Shown piece by piece: positions 46,240 through 56,516 of a stretch of 64,000 nucleotides of DNA. The stretch is from a virus: positions 32,001 through 96,000 of IMG/VR virus record IMGVR_UViG_3300036766_000359; one strand, 5' to 3'. A program made the translations under genes and the position numbers. Below the pieces are notes generated by a model that worked only from the letters and a program-made list of their open reading frames with translations, was not told the DNA's origin and made no database searches. The stretch's first letter is position 1. Each line of letters opens with the position of its first letter.

Positions 46240-47365
46240 TTCCCCTCTCTTTCATGGACTGCAAGAAATGACGAGATCTTATTCCGGAACCTTTTTCGTC
46301 AGGACCCAAAAATTCACATAATTCCAGTATTGTCGGTGACACCTTATGTTTGAACCTCATCATTACTTTGTCAGATGAAATATATGGAATTATTTCAGAC
46401 AAAGTATCGATAGGAAAATCAGCAGACATTGAATCACCGGACACAAAGACAACAGGAAGACTTGAAACCTCTTGATTGTTACAGATCATGACCATGGAGT
46501 CATTAGACAGTTTAAACGTAACTCGTCTCGTACCCTCGCGAGCCATATTCGCCCATTGTATGGCTTTGGCTAATTTTGACCTATCAACTTTAAATTCGAT
46601 TTCATACCCGTCTTCAGACAAAACTTGAAGTTCTGGTTTATTACAAGAAACTCGACTAAATGAAGCCACAGACCCAGATTTCGGGTCATAAAGAAACATG
46701 CGAGTTTGATCTTGACCTATAATAATATTACTACCGGTTATTTTAGAACAGAAATTGCGCATGATCGGAAGATCGTCCGATACGATAGAAAGTTCGAGCG
46801 ATAGACCATCCATATATGCTACCGTTGCATATATACGTGCGTTGGATGAACCACACCCATCAAGTGGGTAGAAATGAACTTGATTAACCCTGCGGTCTTC
46901 GTCCGTTTTCGTACCTTTTACTGTAGCAGAACATGAAAGTTGATGGAGAAGTTCTTCAAATTTTTTCGCTGGAACGGAAGAACCAGAAACAGACGGTTTT
47001 GACGGCATCGGGGATCTTCTTGCCGAGTCAATCCTCTTTTTAACAACTGCCTGACGTGTTTGACCATCACCCTCCGCTTTTATCACAAGACCTTTTTCTG
47101 TAGTAGAAAGCGTAACTTGTGTCAGATCACTATCGAAAAGCGCGGCCCTATCCATGGAAAGATAGAAATCACCGGGAGAGTCTTCGTTTAGATCTGGATG
47201 TTGTGAAGATATAATAGAATGAATTTGTCGACGACGATCTGTGGAACTTATCCACAGATCGTTCCCGACAATACGAAGCACATAGTCACCGGATACCGGG
47301 CGAACAAGCTTTGCGATGGCAAAGCCACGACGAAGGTCTTCCGGAATGAAAGAAAGTTTTTTCAC
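46232..47365 (-). CDS. DNA sliding clamp (DnaN/beta-like)
   Basis: 377 aa, three-domain size; FKVDRSKLAKAI..RVTFKL and F....L.EI...I.SDKV.M.F patterns; replisome context. Confidence 0.65.
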   Translation of the reverse strand: MKKLSFIPEDLRRGFAIAKLVRPVSGDYVLRIVGNDLWISSTDRRRQIHSIISSQHPDLNEDSPGDFYLSMDRAALFDSDLTQVTLSTTEKGLVIKAEGDGQTRQAVVKKRIDSARRSPMPSKPSVSGSSVPAKKFEELLHQLSCSATVKGTKTDEDRRVNQVHFYPLDGCGSSNARIYATVAYMDGLSLELSIVSDDLPIMRNFCSKITGSNIIIGQDQTRMFLYDPKSGSVASFSRVSCNKPELQVLSEDGYEIEFKVDRSKLAKAIQWANMAREGTRRVTFKLSNDSMVMICNNQEVSSLPVVFVSGDSMSADFPIDTLSEIIPYISSDKVMMRFKHKVSPTILELCEFLGPDEKGSGIRSRHFLQSMKERGNG

Positions 47366-47366
47366 G

Positions 47367-47660
47367 TTAACCAGAGATCTCCTTCATCATGGGCTTCAGA
47401 ATGGATTCGGCAACATCAAGGTCAGCTTTATAGTTATCAAGTTTAATCACAAGCACTTCCTTTGAGCGTCGAATGTCTTCTTGGATAGTGTCAGGATTAT
47501 ATCCGAGCTTTTTACACTCTTCTATCAGAGTTTTGAGAGTACGTTTATTCTCAGATTGAGCTGCGTCAATCCTGATTTTGTCCTGTGATAGGTTATTACC
47601 CCTACTCAAAAGCGATTTATACCTTAGTTCAAGTTCTTCGATATCGGGTTCAGTTTCCAT
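47367..47660 (-). CDS. Small coiled-coil protein
   Basis: 97 aa heptad-rich ORF. Confidence 0.6.
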   Translation of the reverse strand: METEPDIEELELRYKSLLSRGNNLSQDKIRIDAAQSENKRTLKTLIEECKKLGYNPDTIQEDIRRSKEVLVIKLDNYKADLDVAESILKPMMKEISG

Positions 47661-47686
47661 GATTCCTCCGCAAAATGGACATTACA

Positions 47687-48532
47687 CTACGCAGACTCAA
47701 TATCAAATATTGAGTCAATAATGCGTCCACCTGTTTCCACACGTCTGTGAGCGATATACTTTCTACCGTCTTCACATTTTTCTCTGTAATCACATCTGTG
47801 ACACCCACCAGATGGTGTAGAGTTAAACACTTTGAGAGTTATTTTCTTAGCAACACCAAAAACGTTATCGAGAAGAATTCGCATGTGTGATTCATCATAG
47901 TCTATCCATTTTATTGGGTCATCCGGAAACTTCCAAAAAATAAATCCGAGTCGTGTCGGAGCTACATGATATTTAATGTAATGCTGAACAGCATACCAAA
48001 TGAGTTGATCAGAGTCTACATATTTTTCACGGTATTTAGAGCCCTTACCGTCCAAAATCCATACATCTAGTCGGTCTTTTGAATGACAAAAATCAGCACG
48101 ACCACCTAGTTTCAAAGTCATTCCGTATTTTTCATTACCATAAACAACGGTGAGGTCATTCTCTGCATGACTATTTGTTGTCAATAATTGATTTGATTTG
48201 ATAGTTTCGATAGCCCTCGGTAGATATGTCATAACATCCATACGAAGGATGTTAACAAAGGCAGGATCAGAAAATCGATCAAACTTTTCACCCAAAAATA
48301 TTAAGTCAATAGCTTCGTCAATACGACCCATGGCAGATGATATCGGGTCTCGTTCAGACCAGATTTTATCATTGTAAAACCATTCAAGAACCTTCCCAAT
48401 GACGGATCCAAACATTGCAGATCTCGGATCTCTAACAACAGGTTCCTTCTTGATATACCGAAACTCATACATAAGCGGACAGATTTTGTACGTGTTGAAC
48501 CCAGAATAACTTAGGTAGATATCATAATTCAT
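47687..48532 (-). CDS. PD-(D/E)xK (RecB/Cas4-like) exonuclease
   Basis: LSYS....Y..CP, GRAD, ILDGK, QL..YA, CxxCxYxxxC terminal cluster. Confidence 0.85.
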   Translation of the reverse strand: MNYDIYLSYSGFNTYKICPLMYEFRYIKKEPVVRDPRSAMFGSVIGKVLEWFYNDKIWSERDPISSAMGRIDEAIDLIFLGEKFDRFSDPAFVNILRMDVMTYLPRAIETIKSNQLLTTNSHAENDLTVVYGNEKYGMTLKLGGRADFCHSKDRLDVWILDGKGSKYREKYVDSDQLIWYAVQHYIKYHVAPTRLGFIFWKFPDDPIKWIDYDESHMRILLDNVFGVAKKITLKVFNSTPSGGCHRCDYREKCEDGRKYIAHRRVETGGRIIDSIFDIESA

Positions 48533-48560
48533 TTATAAAACTTTCGGAAACCGATATTCA

Positions 48561-49559
48561 TCAAGAGTCATCATCAGCGACCCCTGCTTCTGCAGCTTCA
48601 ATAAGTTCAAGAGCAAGGTCTCTAACATCCTGAGGAAATTTGTCAAGTTCTTTCTTACGAAGGTTAACGGAAGCCTCCGACACAAGATCTCTGTTTTCCT
48701 GAAGCTGGGTAATGAATTCATTCAAAGAACGACGTTCGTCATCTATTTTCTTTTTTAGCTCGAGATCAAAGACTTTAGATGAATCTTCGTGTGGGACGAT
48801 ATGTTCCTCAACCGTAATACCATGAGAATCAGCCTTTATGAGACTGACCTTCGGTTTACGATCTAAATTCTCAAATGTTAAAGCGCCACGAGATATGGCA
48901 CCGAGGTTCACGAATTTAACCCCCATATGCTCAACAATACCCTGATCTTTATGGTAGTGTCCAAAAATATACACATCGGGGCATCCTTCGAATATCAAGT
49001 CACGATAATCAAAAATGTTTTCATTGAAAAATGACTGAATGCGCTCTGGAGGAGCCATGGAAGCGAGAGCATGAACGAATGCCACCGTATAGGTATCCCC
49101 GGGGCGTTTCCTTACGATCTCAGCTAGACCTTCAGCAGCGAGGTCTGTCGTGTATTCAACACCGACAACCCTAACATTCATCGTTCCGTCAACAAACGAC
49201 TCGTCTCGAAGTAGTCTGAAAACACCACTTTTTAAGAGAACCCCAAGAGGTTGTCTATGGATAGAGGCAGGGTCGTTATTTGACATGTCATGGTTACCGG
49301 CCATGGCATATGTCGGACATGAATAATGACGATGTATTTCAGCAGCCATCGACGTAGTGGCATACGTCGTTTTGTTTGCGGCTTTTACATGAAAGAAATC
49401 ACCACCACGAAGAACAGCAGAAGCACCGAATTTCCGGGCTATATCCCCTTGCCACTCAAGCTTCTTAAGAATCGATGCGCGGTAGTCATCTTTACGAAAT
49501 CCGGGGTTTAAATCTGCTAAATGTTCATCTGATGATGTAAGGAATCGTATTTCGGACAT
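48561..49559 (-). CDS. Mre11/SbcD-like metallophosphoesterase nuclease
   Basis: SDEH, GGDFFH, GNHD, GHYH motifs. Confidence 0.88.
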   Translation of the reverse strand: MSEIRFLTSSDEHLADLNPGFRKDDYRASILKKLEWQGDIARKFGASAVLRGGDFFHVKAANKTTYATTSMAAEIHRHYSCPTYAMAGNHDMSNNDPASIHRQPLGVLLKSGVFRLLRDESFVDGTMNVRVVGVEYTTDLAAEGLAEIVRKRPGDTYTVAFVHALASMAPPERIQSFFNENIFDYRDLIFEGCPDVYIFGHYHKDQGIVEHMGVKFVNLGAISRGALTFENLDRKPKVSLIKADSHGITVEEHIVPHEDSSKVFDLELKKKIDDERRSLNEFITQLQENRDLVSEASVNLRKKELDKFPQDVRDLALELIEAAEAGVADDDS

Positions 49560-49592
49560 ACAAGACGTTACATTCAGCAGATATCTTAGAAA

Positions 49593-50270
49593 TCATGCAA
49601 CAGATTCATCACCATCATGACGTCCAAACAGGCGCGCACGGTAAAAAGCAAACGGGAACTCGGGACCAGGATCAGTCTTTCGAGTTGGTGCGATATCAGA
49701 GTGCCCGATCAGCTCCACAACATCTGGATAGAAGGCTTTGATCGCCATCATTAGGGCAAGTCCCGTCTCAATCTGGTCATTGGTGTATGACTGATAGTAT
49801 TTACCATCGTCACCCTGAACCACCTGAGAAGAGTCAACTTCCTTGCCTGTTGATGAAATGAATTTACCTGCCTCGTTCTTTTTGAGCTTTCCAAGGTTCA
49901 CGAACTCAATGCCGATGCTATACTTATTGATACCAGTAATGACATTCGCCTGACTAGCAGAGGGAACATGCGGAACTTCAGGCCAGGCGGATTTAGACCA
50001 GCTCGACTCACCTGCGTGCCATGCAATGTCCTTCACACTAACCAACTGACCAAGCTCTCCACTGCGCCCCACAACAAAGTGTGCCGACGCCTTAGCAGCG
50101 GGGTTAGATAACCAAGCCATAGCCCCGTTTGCGGAGTGTCCTCCAGTCCAGTGGGCCACGATGATTCGAACGTTCTCTTTTTTCATAGGCCCACTTTGGT
50201 TCGTTGTCGAACCTCTAGTGAACTTAATCAAGCCGTCGTTGTGTACCCAACCGTCTGTTTCTATTTTCAT
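49593..50270 (-). CDS. N-acetylmuramoyl-L-alanine amidase (Amidase_2/AmpD-like)
   Basis: IVAHWTG, SAHFVV, AWHAG, SIGIEF, GHSDI..RKTDPG. Confidence 0.92.
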   Translation of the reverse strand: MKIETDGWVHNDGLIKFTRGSTTNQSGPMKKENVRIIVAHWTGGHSANGAMAWLSNPAAKASAHFVVGRSGELGQLVSVKDIAWHAGESSWSKSAWPEVPHVPSASQANVITGINKYSIGIEFVNLGKLKKNEAGKFISSTGKEVDSSQVVQGDDGKYYQSYTNDQIETGLALMMAIKAFYPDVVELIGHSDIAPTRKTDPGPEFPFAFYRARLFGRHDGDESVA

Positions 50271-50280
50271 GATAACCTCT

Positions 50281-52515
50281 TCACGCTACTTGTGTTGTCA
50301 CATCATCAGAAATAATGTCACTTACAATATTTCCGAGATTTGAATTTCGGGTCGTATCTCGTTCGTTATGGACGGCAAAAGAAAAAGCTTTGGGATCGCC
50401 AAATAAAAAGACTTTTTTCTTAGCACGAGTAATTGCAGTATAAACTAAATTCTTATACAGCATGATACCATACTGCATCGTCATTGGCATCAAGACAAAG
50501 TCAAATTCTTGTCCTTGAACTTTGTGGGCAGTACAGGCGTATGCAACTTTTAGCATACTTCGGGCTTCTTCGATTTTAAACAAGAAAACTTTGTCGATAT
50601 ATCTCGCGATAATAGAATCGTTATCGAACCAGTCAAAAACCTTAACTTCTACTTCGTCTTGTTTAATCGAAATTCGAGTAACTTTCCCGACGTCACCGTT
50701 GAAAATCATCCGATCATAATCGTTTTTCACGATCATTACGCGATCACCTTCAAACATGTCAACGTTACCATGTTTAAGTTTTGCCGCTTTTTCGGAAACG
50801 AAATCAGGGTTTAAAACCTCTCGAAGACGTTTATTGAGAGTGTCAACACCAAGTTCTCCGTCGTACATCGGAGCTATGACCTGAAAGTTCATACTCCTAT
50901 CTTTCAAGATCGACGACATTTTACATATCTCATCTGCAACTACTTCAATAGGCAGATTAAGAAATACAAATTGTGAAGACGCGTTAGTCTTCGTGTCAAC
51001 CGGTTCACCTTTCAAAATGGAGTGAGCGACGGTTATGATATCAGATTGTTTTTCTTGTCGATATACGCGGGTGAGTGAAACGTGCGGAACGTCAGAACAC
51101 TGCATAAGGTTGTTCAAGACATAACCAGCACCGACAGATGGAAGCTGAGCGGAGTCTCCAACCATAATGACAATGGTGGTAGAAGGCAAAGATGACATGA
51201 GATGATATAGAGTTGATGCGTCAACCATTGACACTTCGTCAACGATTATAGCATCCGAGTGGAAACGATTATCAGAGTTAAATTCCCAACTACCGTCCTT
51301 TTTGAACCCGAGAGCCCTGTGAATGGTGAAAGCAGGTTTCCCAGTTACTTGAGACAAACGCTTTGAAGCGATTCCGGTCGGAGACATGAGAACGTAGTGA
51401 AGACCAGCTTTCTCAAATAAGTTGACAAATGCTGAAACAAGAGTTGTTTTACCAGTTCCAGGATAACCTGAAACCACACAAAATCTTGAACGTTCAAGCA
51501 AAAGAAACGCATCACGTTGTTCAGTTGAGAACGACGTGCCGCTAGATTTTTCAAATTCACTAAGAGTGTCCCTGAGGTCACCCATCGGACGCGGAGGCTG
51601 ACGGATTATTTCAGCAATGCACTCAGCAGCAGTGGATTCATGAACCCAATGACTTGATAGATAAATGTGGTCATCAGCACTAACCACATCATCGGAGTCT
51701 TGTAGAGATTTTAAACCCAAGAAGAAGTGTGAGTCAGACATGTACTCACCATGAGAGAAAGAACTTATGGAGTTCCTTCGAAACATCTTTTTAAGTATGT
51801 ACGTCAGAATTTGATTAGATGTGCAGTATACATGCCCGTCAGATGATGACAGTTCGCGCATCGCAAACAGTATCATGGCTCGAACGCGTCTCAGGTCATC
51901 TACACCGATACCGGTTTTTTGAGCCGCGTTGTCAGCAGTAGCGAAACCGACGCCATTACACTCACATAGCCTGTAAGGGTCTGAACTAAAAATTTCTTTG
52001 GTTTTTACGCCAAATTTTGAAAAAATGTTTCTAATTTGCAAAGCATTGAAACCGAGATCTGTTAGAAAAATTGCTACGGTCCGGTTCTCAGAAGCATTAG
52101 TCCATTCTTTAACTATCGCGTCAGACTGAGTTTTAGTAAGAAAAGGTAACTGTCTGATTTGATTTGGATCATCGTTAAGAACATTAACGAGTTCATCACC
52201 CAAAGCTTCATAAAGTTTAGTGGCGGTTATCATGCCAACAGATGGAACATTGGACATGAGGTACGTAACTATGCCATTTCTACCCTTTTCTAAAATGACC
52301 TCACACCCTGTTGCACTAAACTGCTTCCCATATTTTTCGTGAGTTTCATAACCTCCAGTGAATTTAACCTTGAGGCCAGAAGATATGGAAACTCCGGGAA
52401 AAGTACCACGAACAACCGATTGACGAGCACCATCAAGAATGACCCGTAGTATGTAAAAACCCGTTTGGCGATTCTGGAATTGCACACCAGATATCTTTGC
52501 GGTAATCTGTTCCAT
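50281..52515 (-). CDS. recD2: RecD2-like SF1B helicase
   Basis: N-terminal HKxYGxQF and HhH regions, GYPGTGKT, IIVDEVSM, GDSAQLPSVG, YACTAHKVQG. Confidence 0.93.
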   Translation of the reverse strand: MEQITAKISGVQFQNRQTGFYILRVILDGARQSVVRGTFPGVSISSGLKVKFTGGYETHEKYGKQFSATGCEVILEKGRNGIVTYLMSNVPSVGMITATKLYEALGDELVNVLNDDPNQIRQLPFLTKTQSDAIVKEWTNASENRTVAIFLTDLGFNALQIRNIFSKFGVKTKEIFSSDPYRLCECNGVGFATADNAAQKTGIGVDDLRRVRAMILFAMRELSSSDGHVYCTSNQILTYILKKMFRRNSISSFSHGEYMSDSHFFLGLKSLQDSDDVVSADDHIYLSSHWVHESTAAECIAEIIRQPPRPMGDLRDTLSEFEKSSGTSFSTEQRDAFLLLERSRFCVVSGYPGTGKTTLVSAFVNLFEKAGLHYVLMSPTGIASKRLSQVTGKPAFTIHRALGFKKDGSWEFNSDNRFHSDAIIVDEVSMVDASTLYHLMSSLPSTTIVIMVGDSAQLPSVGAGYVLNNLMQCSDVPHVSLTRVYRQEKQSDIITVAHSILKGEPVDTKTNASSQFVFLNLPIEVVADEICKMSSILKDRSMNFQVIAPMYDGELGVDTLNKRLREVLNPDFVSEKAAKLKHGNVDMFEGDRVMIVKNDYDRMIFNGDVGKVTRISIKQDEVEVKVFDWFDNDSIIARYIDKVFLFKIEEARSMLKVAYACTAHKVQGQEFDFVLMPMTMQYGIMLYKNLVYTAITRAKKKVFLFGDPKAFSFAVHNERDTTRNSNLGNIVSDIISDDVTTQVA

Positions 52516-52532
52516 GAATAATGAAACTTACA

Positions 52533-53336
52533 TCAAGAAGCGATAGAATTAATCATTTGGTTTAAGTCATTCTCGGAAATTATATGAACACCGTGTTTCT
52601 TAGCATTTTGCATCTTAGAGCTAGTGGTGTCTAAACTATTCGTTACAAGGAATGAAAGGCCGGAACCAACGGAACTCTTAGCAACACCGCCAGCCTCCAT
52701 GATTAGTTTCTCGAGGGCTTTCCTAGGTTTTGAAGTTGAACCAGTTATGCAAAATGACTTACCGGCAAGTGGCCCGCCAGATGGCTTCTGAATATCGAGA
52801 ACCTCAGTCAACTCCAGTATAACACATCGACGTTCCTGGATGCCATCGAATACTTGTCTGGCAGTCACTTCACCAACATTTGGTACCTTTAAAAGGTCTT
52901 CATACGTAAGAGAAAGACATTTCTCAACCGTGTCATATCCCGCCTGGACAATATCGGTAGCTGTAGCAAGTGCAAAATTTGGGATGTTAAGCGAAGCGAG
53001 GAGAAGTTCAAGAGGGATTTTCTTCCCAGCATGAAGAACTTCATAACACTTCTGAGCCATCTTCTGACCTGAAGTACATGGTATCAGGTCATCGATCGTA
53101 AGCCTGTATAGGTCCGCAATCGACTGTATTCGTGGATCGTCCGGATCAGTAAGCTGGTCCACAAGGGCTTCTCCCCAATGAAGAAGCCCGAGTCTTTTGA
53201 TCCAAACTTTCACGGACCCAGCAAGTTTTGCGGGGCAAGATTTACTTCGACACCAAAGAAAGAAGCCTTCAGCGGATGTAGGTCCGTTACATACAGGGCA
53301 GAAATCTGGAATTTTGAAGTTGTCCTGGTTTCCCAT
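52533..53336 (-). CDS. ligA: NAD-dependent DNA ligase, C-terminal part (zinc finger, HhH, BRCT)
   Basis: CPVC..C....C zinc finger, LNIPNF..AT and VPNVGEVTA HhH, GKSFCITG..SVGSGLSFLV..SSKMQNA BRCT. Confidence 0.88.
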   Translation of the reverse strand: MGNQDNFKIPDFCPVCNGPTSAEGFFLWCRSKSCPAKLAGSVKVWIKRLGLLHWGEALVDQLTDPDDPRIQSIADLYRLTIDDLIPCTSGQKMAQKCYEVLHAGKKIPLELLLASLNIPNFALATATDIVQAGYDTVEKCLSLTYEDLLKVPNVGEVTARQVFDGIQERRCVILELTEVLDIQKPSGGPLAGKSFCITGSTSKPRKALEKLIMEAGGVAKSSVGSGLSFLVTNSLDTTSSKMQNAKKHGVHIISENDLNQMINSIAS

Positions 53337-53374
53337 TTAGAAAAGTACAGGACAGGGTGTCAAATTTCCAAGGA

Positions 53375-54172
<798 letters not shown>

Positions 54173-54261
54173 AGGTTACCATACCGTGTTCAAACTACCT
54201 AACATCAAAGAGCAAAAAGGGCTTAGAAATGTAAATTTAGGTTGGAGAGAGTACCAGTAGT

Positions 54262-55377
54262 ATGACAAAAGACATTAACGAATTAAAATCAAATCTAAAG
54301 AGATGGCGCGAAGCATATTATAATCTTATACCGATCGTATCTGACCAAGAGTTCGATGCAGCAAAAGACGAACTTTCCAGGTTATCTCCCGACGACGAAG
54401 AGGTGATGGCTATCGGGGCAGCACCATCGCAAATATCAGTTTGGCAAAAAGTCCGTCACGAGATTCCGATGGGGTCACTCGCAAAAGCAAACTCCGAAAA
54501 AGAACTAGATGAGTGGGTGTCAAAGACACAAAATGTTGGGTCATGGGTCATCACCCATAAAATTGACGGGTCATCAATGGAACTCGTCTATCAAGAAGGT
54601 AGGTTAGTAAGATGCGTCACGCGAGGTGACGGAGTAATCGGTGAAGACGTGACGTCGAATATATCGAAAGTACCATCGGTACCAAGCTCTTTAAAAAATC
54701 CGATAAATATGATAGTCCGTGGCGAAATCGTGATGATGAAAGACGTCTTCACGAAAAAGTATGCAGAAGAATATGCCAATCCGCGCAATACAGCGGCTGG
54801 AAAAGTACGAGAGAAGAAAGGCGAGGGAGAAGCATGTAGAGACTTAGAGTTCCTCGCTTATTGGGTTCATTTTGAGAAGTCTGAGCAGCCAGAAACACTG
54901 TTTTTAGCAATGGGACTACTTGATGAAAATGGTTTCAAAACTCCGCCGTTCACGAAAAGTAAAGAAATAGACTCCATAAAGAAAATATATACTCATGAAG
55001 CTTCAAGAAGAGACGAGATTCCATATGAAATAGATGGTATGGTAATCTCAATCGATGATCTTAGCGTCATCGAAGAAATGGGGTCTATTAACGGACGTCC
55101 ACGAGGTCAAATAGCGTGGAAGTTTGACCCGGCAATGCGAGAAACTAGGATAATAGACGTGAAGTGGCAAGTCGGAAATTCAGGCCGGATTACGCCTGTG
55201 GCTGTAGTGGAACCAGTAGATGTAGGAGGCGTTACAATCACGAATGTGTCCCTCCATAATTTGTCGTTATTTCACGATCTTAAACTAAATCAGGGAAATC
55301 GAGTACTCGTGTCACGTCGCAATGACGTAATACCTTACTTGGAACGAGTTTTGAAAGACGACATTTCGGATACTTAA
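54262..55377 (+). CDS. ligA: NAD-dependent DNA ligase, N-terminal part (Ia, adenylation, OB fold)
   Basis: AYY...VSDQEFD, HEIPMGSL, KIDG, TRGDG..GEDVT, VRGE, NPRN.AAG, EIDGMV, AWKF, SLHN, RRNDVIP. Confidence 0.93.
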   Translation: MTKDINELKSNLKRWREAYYNLIPIVSDQEFDAAKDELSRLSPDDEEVMAIGAAPSQISVWQKVRHEIPMGSLAKANSEKELDEWVSKTQNVGSWVITHKIDGSSMELVYQEGRLVRCVTRGDGVIGEDVTSNISKVPSVPSSLKNPINMIVRGEIVMMKDVFTKKYAEEYANPRNTAAGKVREKKGEGEACRDLEFLAYWVHFEKSEQPETLFLAMGLLDENGFKTPPFTKSKEIDSIKKIYTHEASRRDEIPYEIDGMVISIDDLSVIEEMGSINGRPRGQIAWKFDPAMRETRIIDVKWQVGNSGRITPVAVVEPVDVGGVTITNVSLHNLSLFHDLKLNQGNRVLVSRRNDVIPYLERVLKDDISDT

Positions 55378-55481
55378 TTTTATATGTCATGTATGGGACT
55401 AAGTTAACTGTTGGCTCAATAAAATTCATAAATTTAACCACCTCAGTCTGAGAACGATTCCGTGGAAAATATTGAAAAATA

Positions 55482-55661
55482 ATGAAACCCGAAAATATGG
55501 TAGTTGGACAAATCGTCGGTGAGGTCGAGGACCCGGAGAACTGGGGTAGACCATATGAAATTGAACATCGACTCAAATATCATAAAGAACGAACAGCATC
55601 AGGCAAATACCAGCGTGAAACAACAAGTATTGGAAAACATCCAAAACAGCGGAAAATATGA
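55482..55661 (+). CDS. Small hypothetical protein (59 aa)
   Basis: Manual translation MKPENMVVG...; stop overlaps the macrodomain start (ATGA). Confidence 0.35.
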   Translation: MKPENMVVGQIVGEVEDPENWGRPYEIEHRLKYHKERTASGKYQRETTSIGKHPKQRKI

Positions 55662-56125
55662 TTACATACCATAAAGGCGATGCGACTGACCCAGTTGGGT
55701 CGGGTCAAAAATACGTAATCCATATATGTAATGACTCCGGTGGGTGGGGTCGTGGATTCGTTTTAGCAATATCAAATAAATGGAAAGAACCCGAAAAAGC
55801 TTATCGCGAGTGGTATAAAGAAAAATACTCACATTCATGCGGACACTTTAAATTAGGTAGCATACAACTAGTTAAAGTGAGTCAGGACATAGCAGTCATT
55901 AACATGATTGCTCAAGAAGGATATGGGTCGGGAAATCGACCGCCAATTCATTATGACGCTTTAGAACAATGCTTGGAAAAAGTATTCGTATCTGCAAAAG
56001 TTTGTGAAGCTTCGATCCACGGTCCAAGATTTGGAACTGGACTTGCTGGAGGAAGTTGGACTCGAATAGAACCAATTATTGAACGAACAATGAGAGAACT
56101 GTCAGTAACCATTTACGATCTGTAA
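55658..56125 (+). CDS. Macrodomain ADP-ribose hydrolase (TARG1/DarG-like)
   Basis: KGDAT, HICND.GGWGRGFVLAI, INMIAQ, PRFGTGLAGGSW. Confidence 0.88.
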   Translation: MITYHKGDATDPVGSGQKYVIHICNDSGGWGRGFVLAISNKWKEPEKAYREWYKEKYSHSCGHFKLGSIQLVKVSQDIAVINMIAQEGYGSGNRPPIHYDALEQCLEKVFVSAKVCEASIHGPRFGTGLAGGSWTRIEPIIERTMRELSVTIYDL

Positions 56126-56134
56126 ATGATTGAT

Positions 56135-56392
56135 CTAGTTTTCGCCATCCGTCTGAGCTTTCTCTATCATTTTTTCGATGACTTCCATCGCGTCAAAAGC
56201 AACACAAGACATGCGAACACGTCTCCCGAGAAGAGAACGTAAAAGTTCCTGACTCGAAAAAGCGGTGCCGTCGTCGTCAACGAGCACGAGTTCACCAGTT
56301 TCATGATCTAGGTGAACGGTCCCATCAACGATGGAACCGGCATCATACCCATGAGTAAATCTGTCTCGTTCGTTATCGTAGCGAAATTTCAT
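56135..56392 (-). CDS. Small hypothetical protein
   Basis: 85 aa ORF with GGAG ribosome-binding site. Confidence 0.55.
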   Translation of the reverse strand: MKFRYDNERDRFTHGYDAGSIVDGTVHLDHETGELVLVDDDGTAFSSQELLRSLLGRRVRMSCVAFDAMEVIEKMIEKAQTDGEN

Positions 56393-56499
56393 GCAGCTCC
56401 TTGTTCATGCGCTTTAGGGAAATTCAACCGAGCGAACTCCCCAAAACGCTTTCTCGCCGCATCATCATAAACACAAGCAGCATGGATCGTATCAGTTAG
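56389..56499 (-). pseudogene. Relic of an AP2 DNA-binding domain (HNH-AP2 endonuclease remnant)
   Basis: Start-less frame LTDTIHAACVYDDAARKRFGEFARLNFP matches the AP2 C-terminal pattern A..AYD.AA...FGEFA.LNFP. Confidence 0.7.
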
Positions 56500-56516
56500 T
56501 TATGGAATCAATTATC

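Noticed and set aside
47687-48532. Cas4-like nuclease as evidence of CRISPR-Cas
   Set aside because: Solo Cas4/RecB-type nucleases are common in phage recombination modules; no array or other cas genes are present
55280-55576. 98-aa minus-strand ORF overlapping the ligase-N 3' end
   Set aside because: Antisense to two coupled plus-strand ORFs and has no motif
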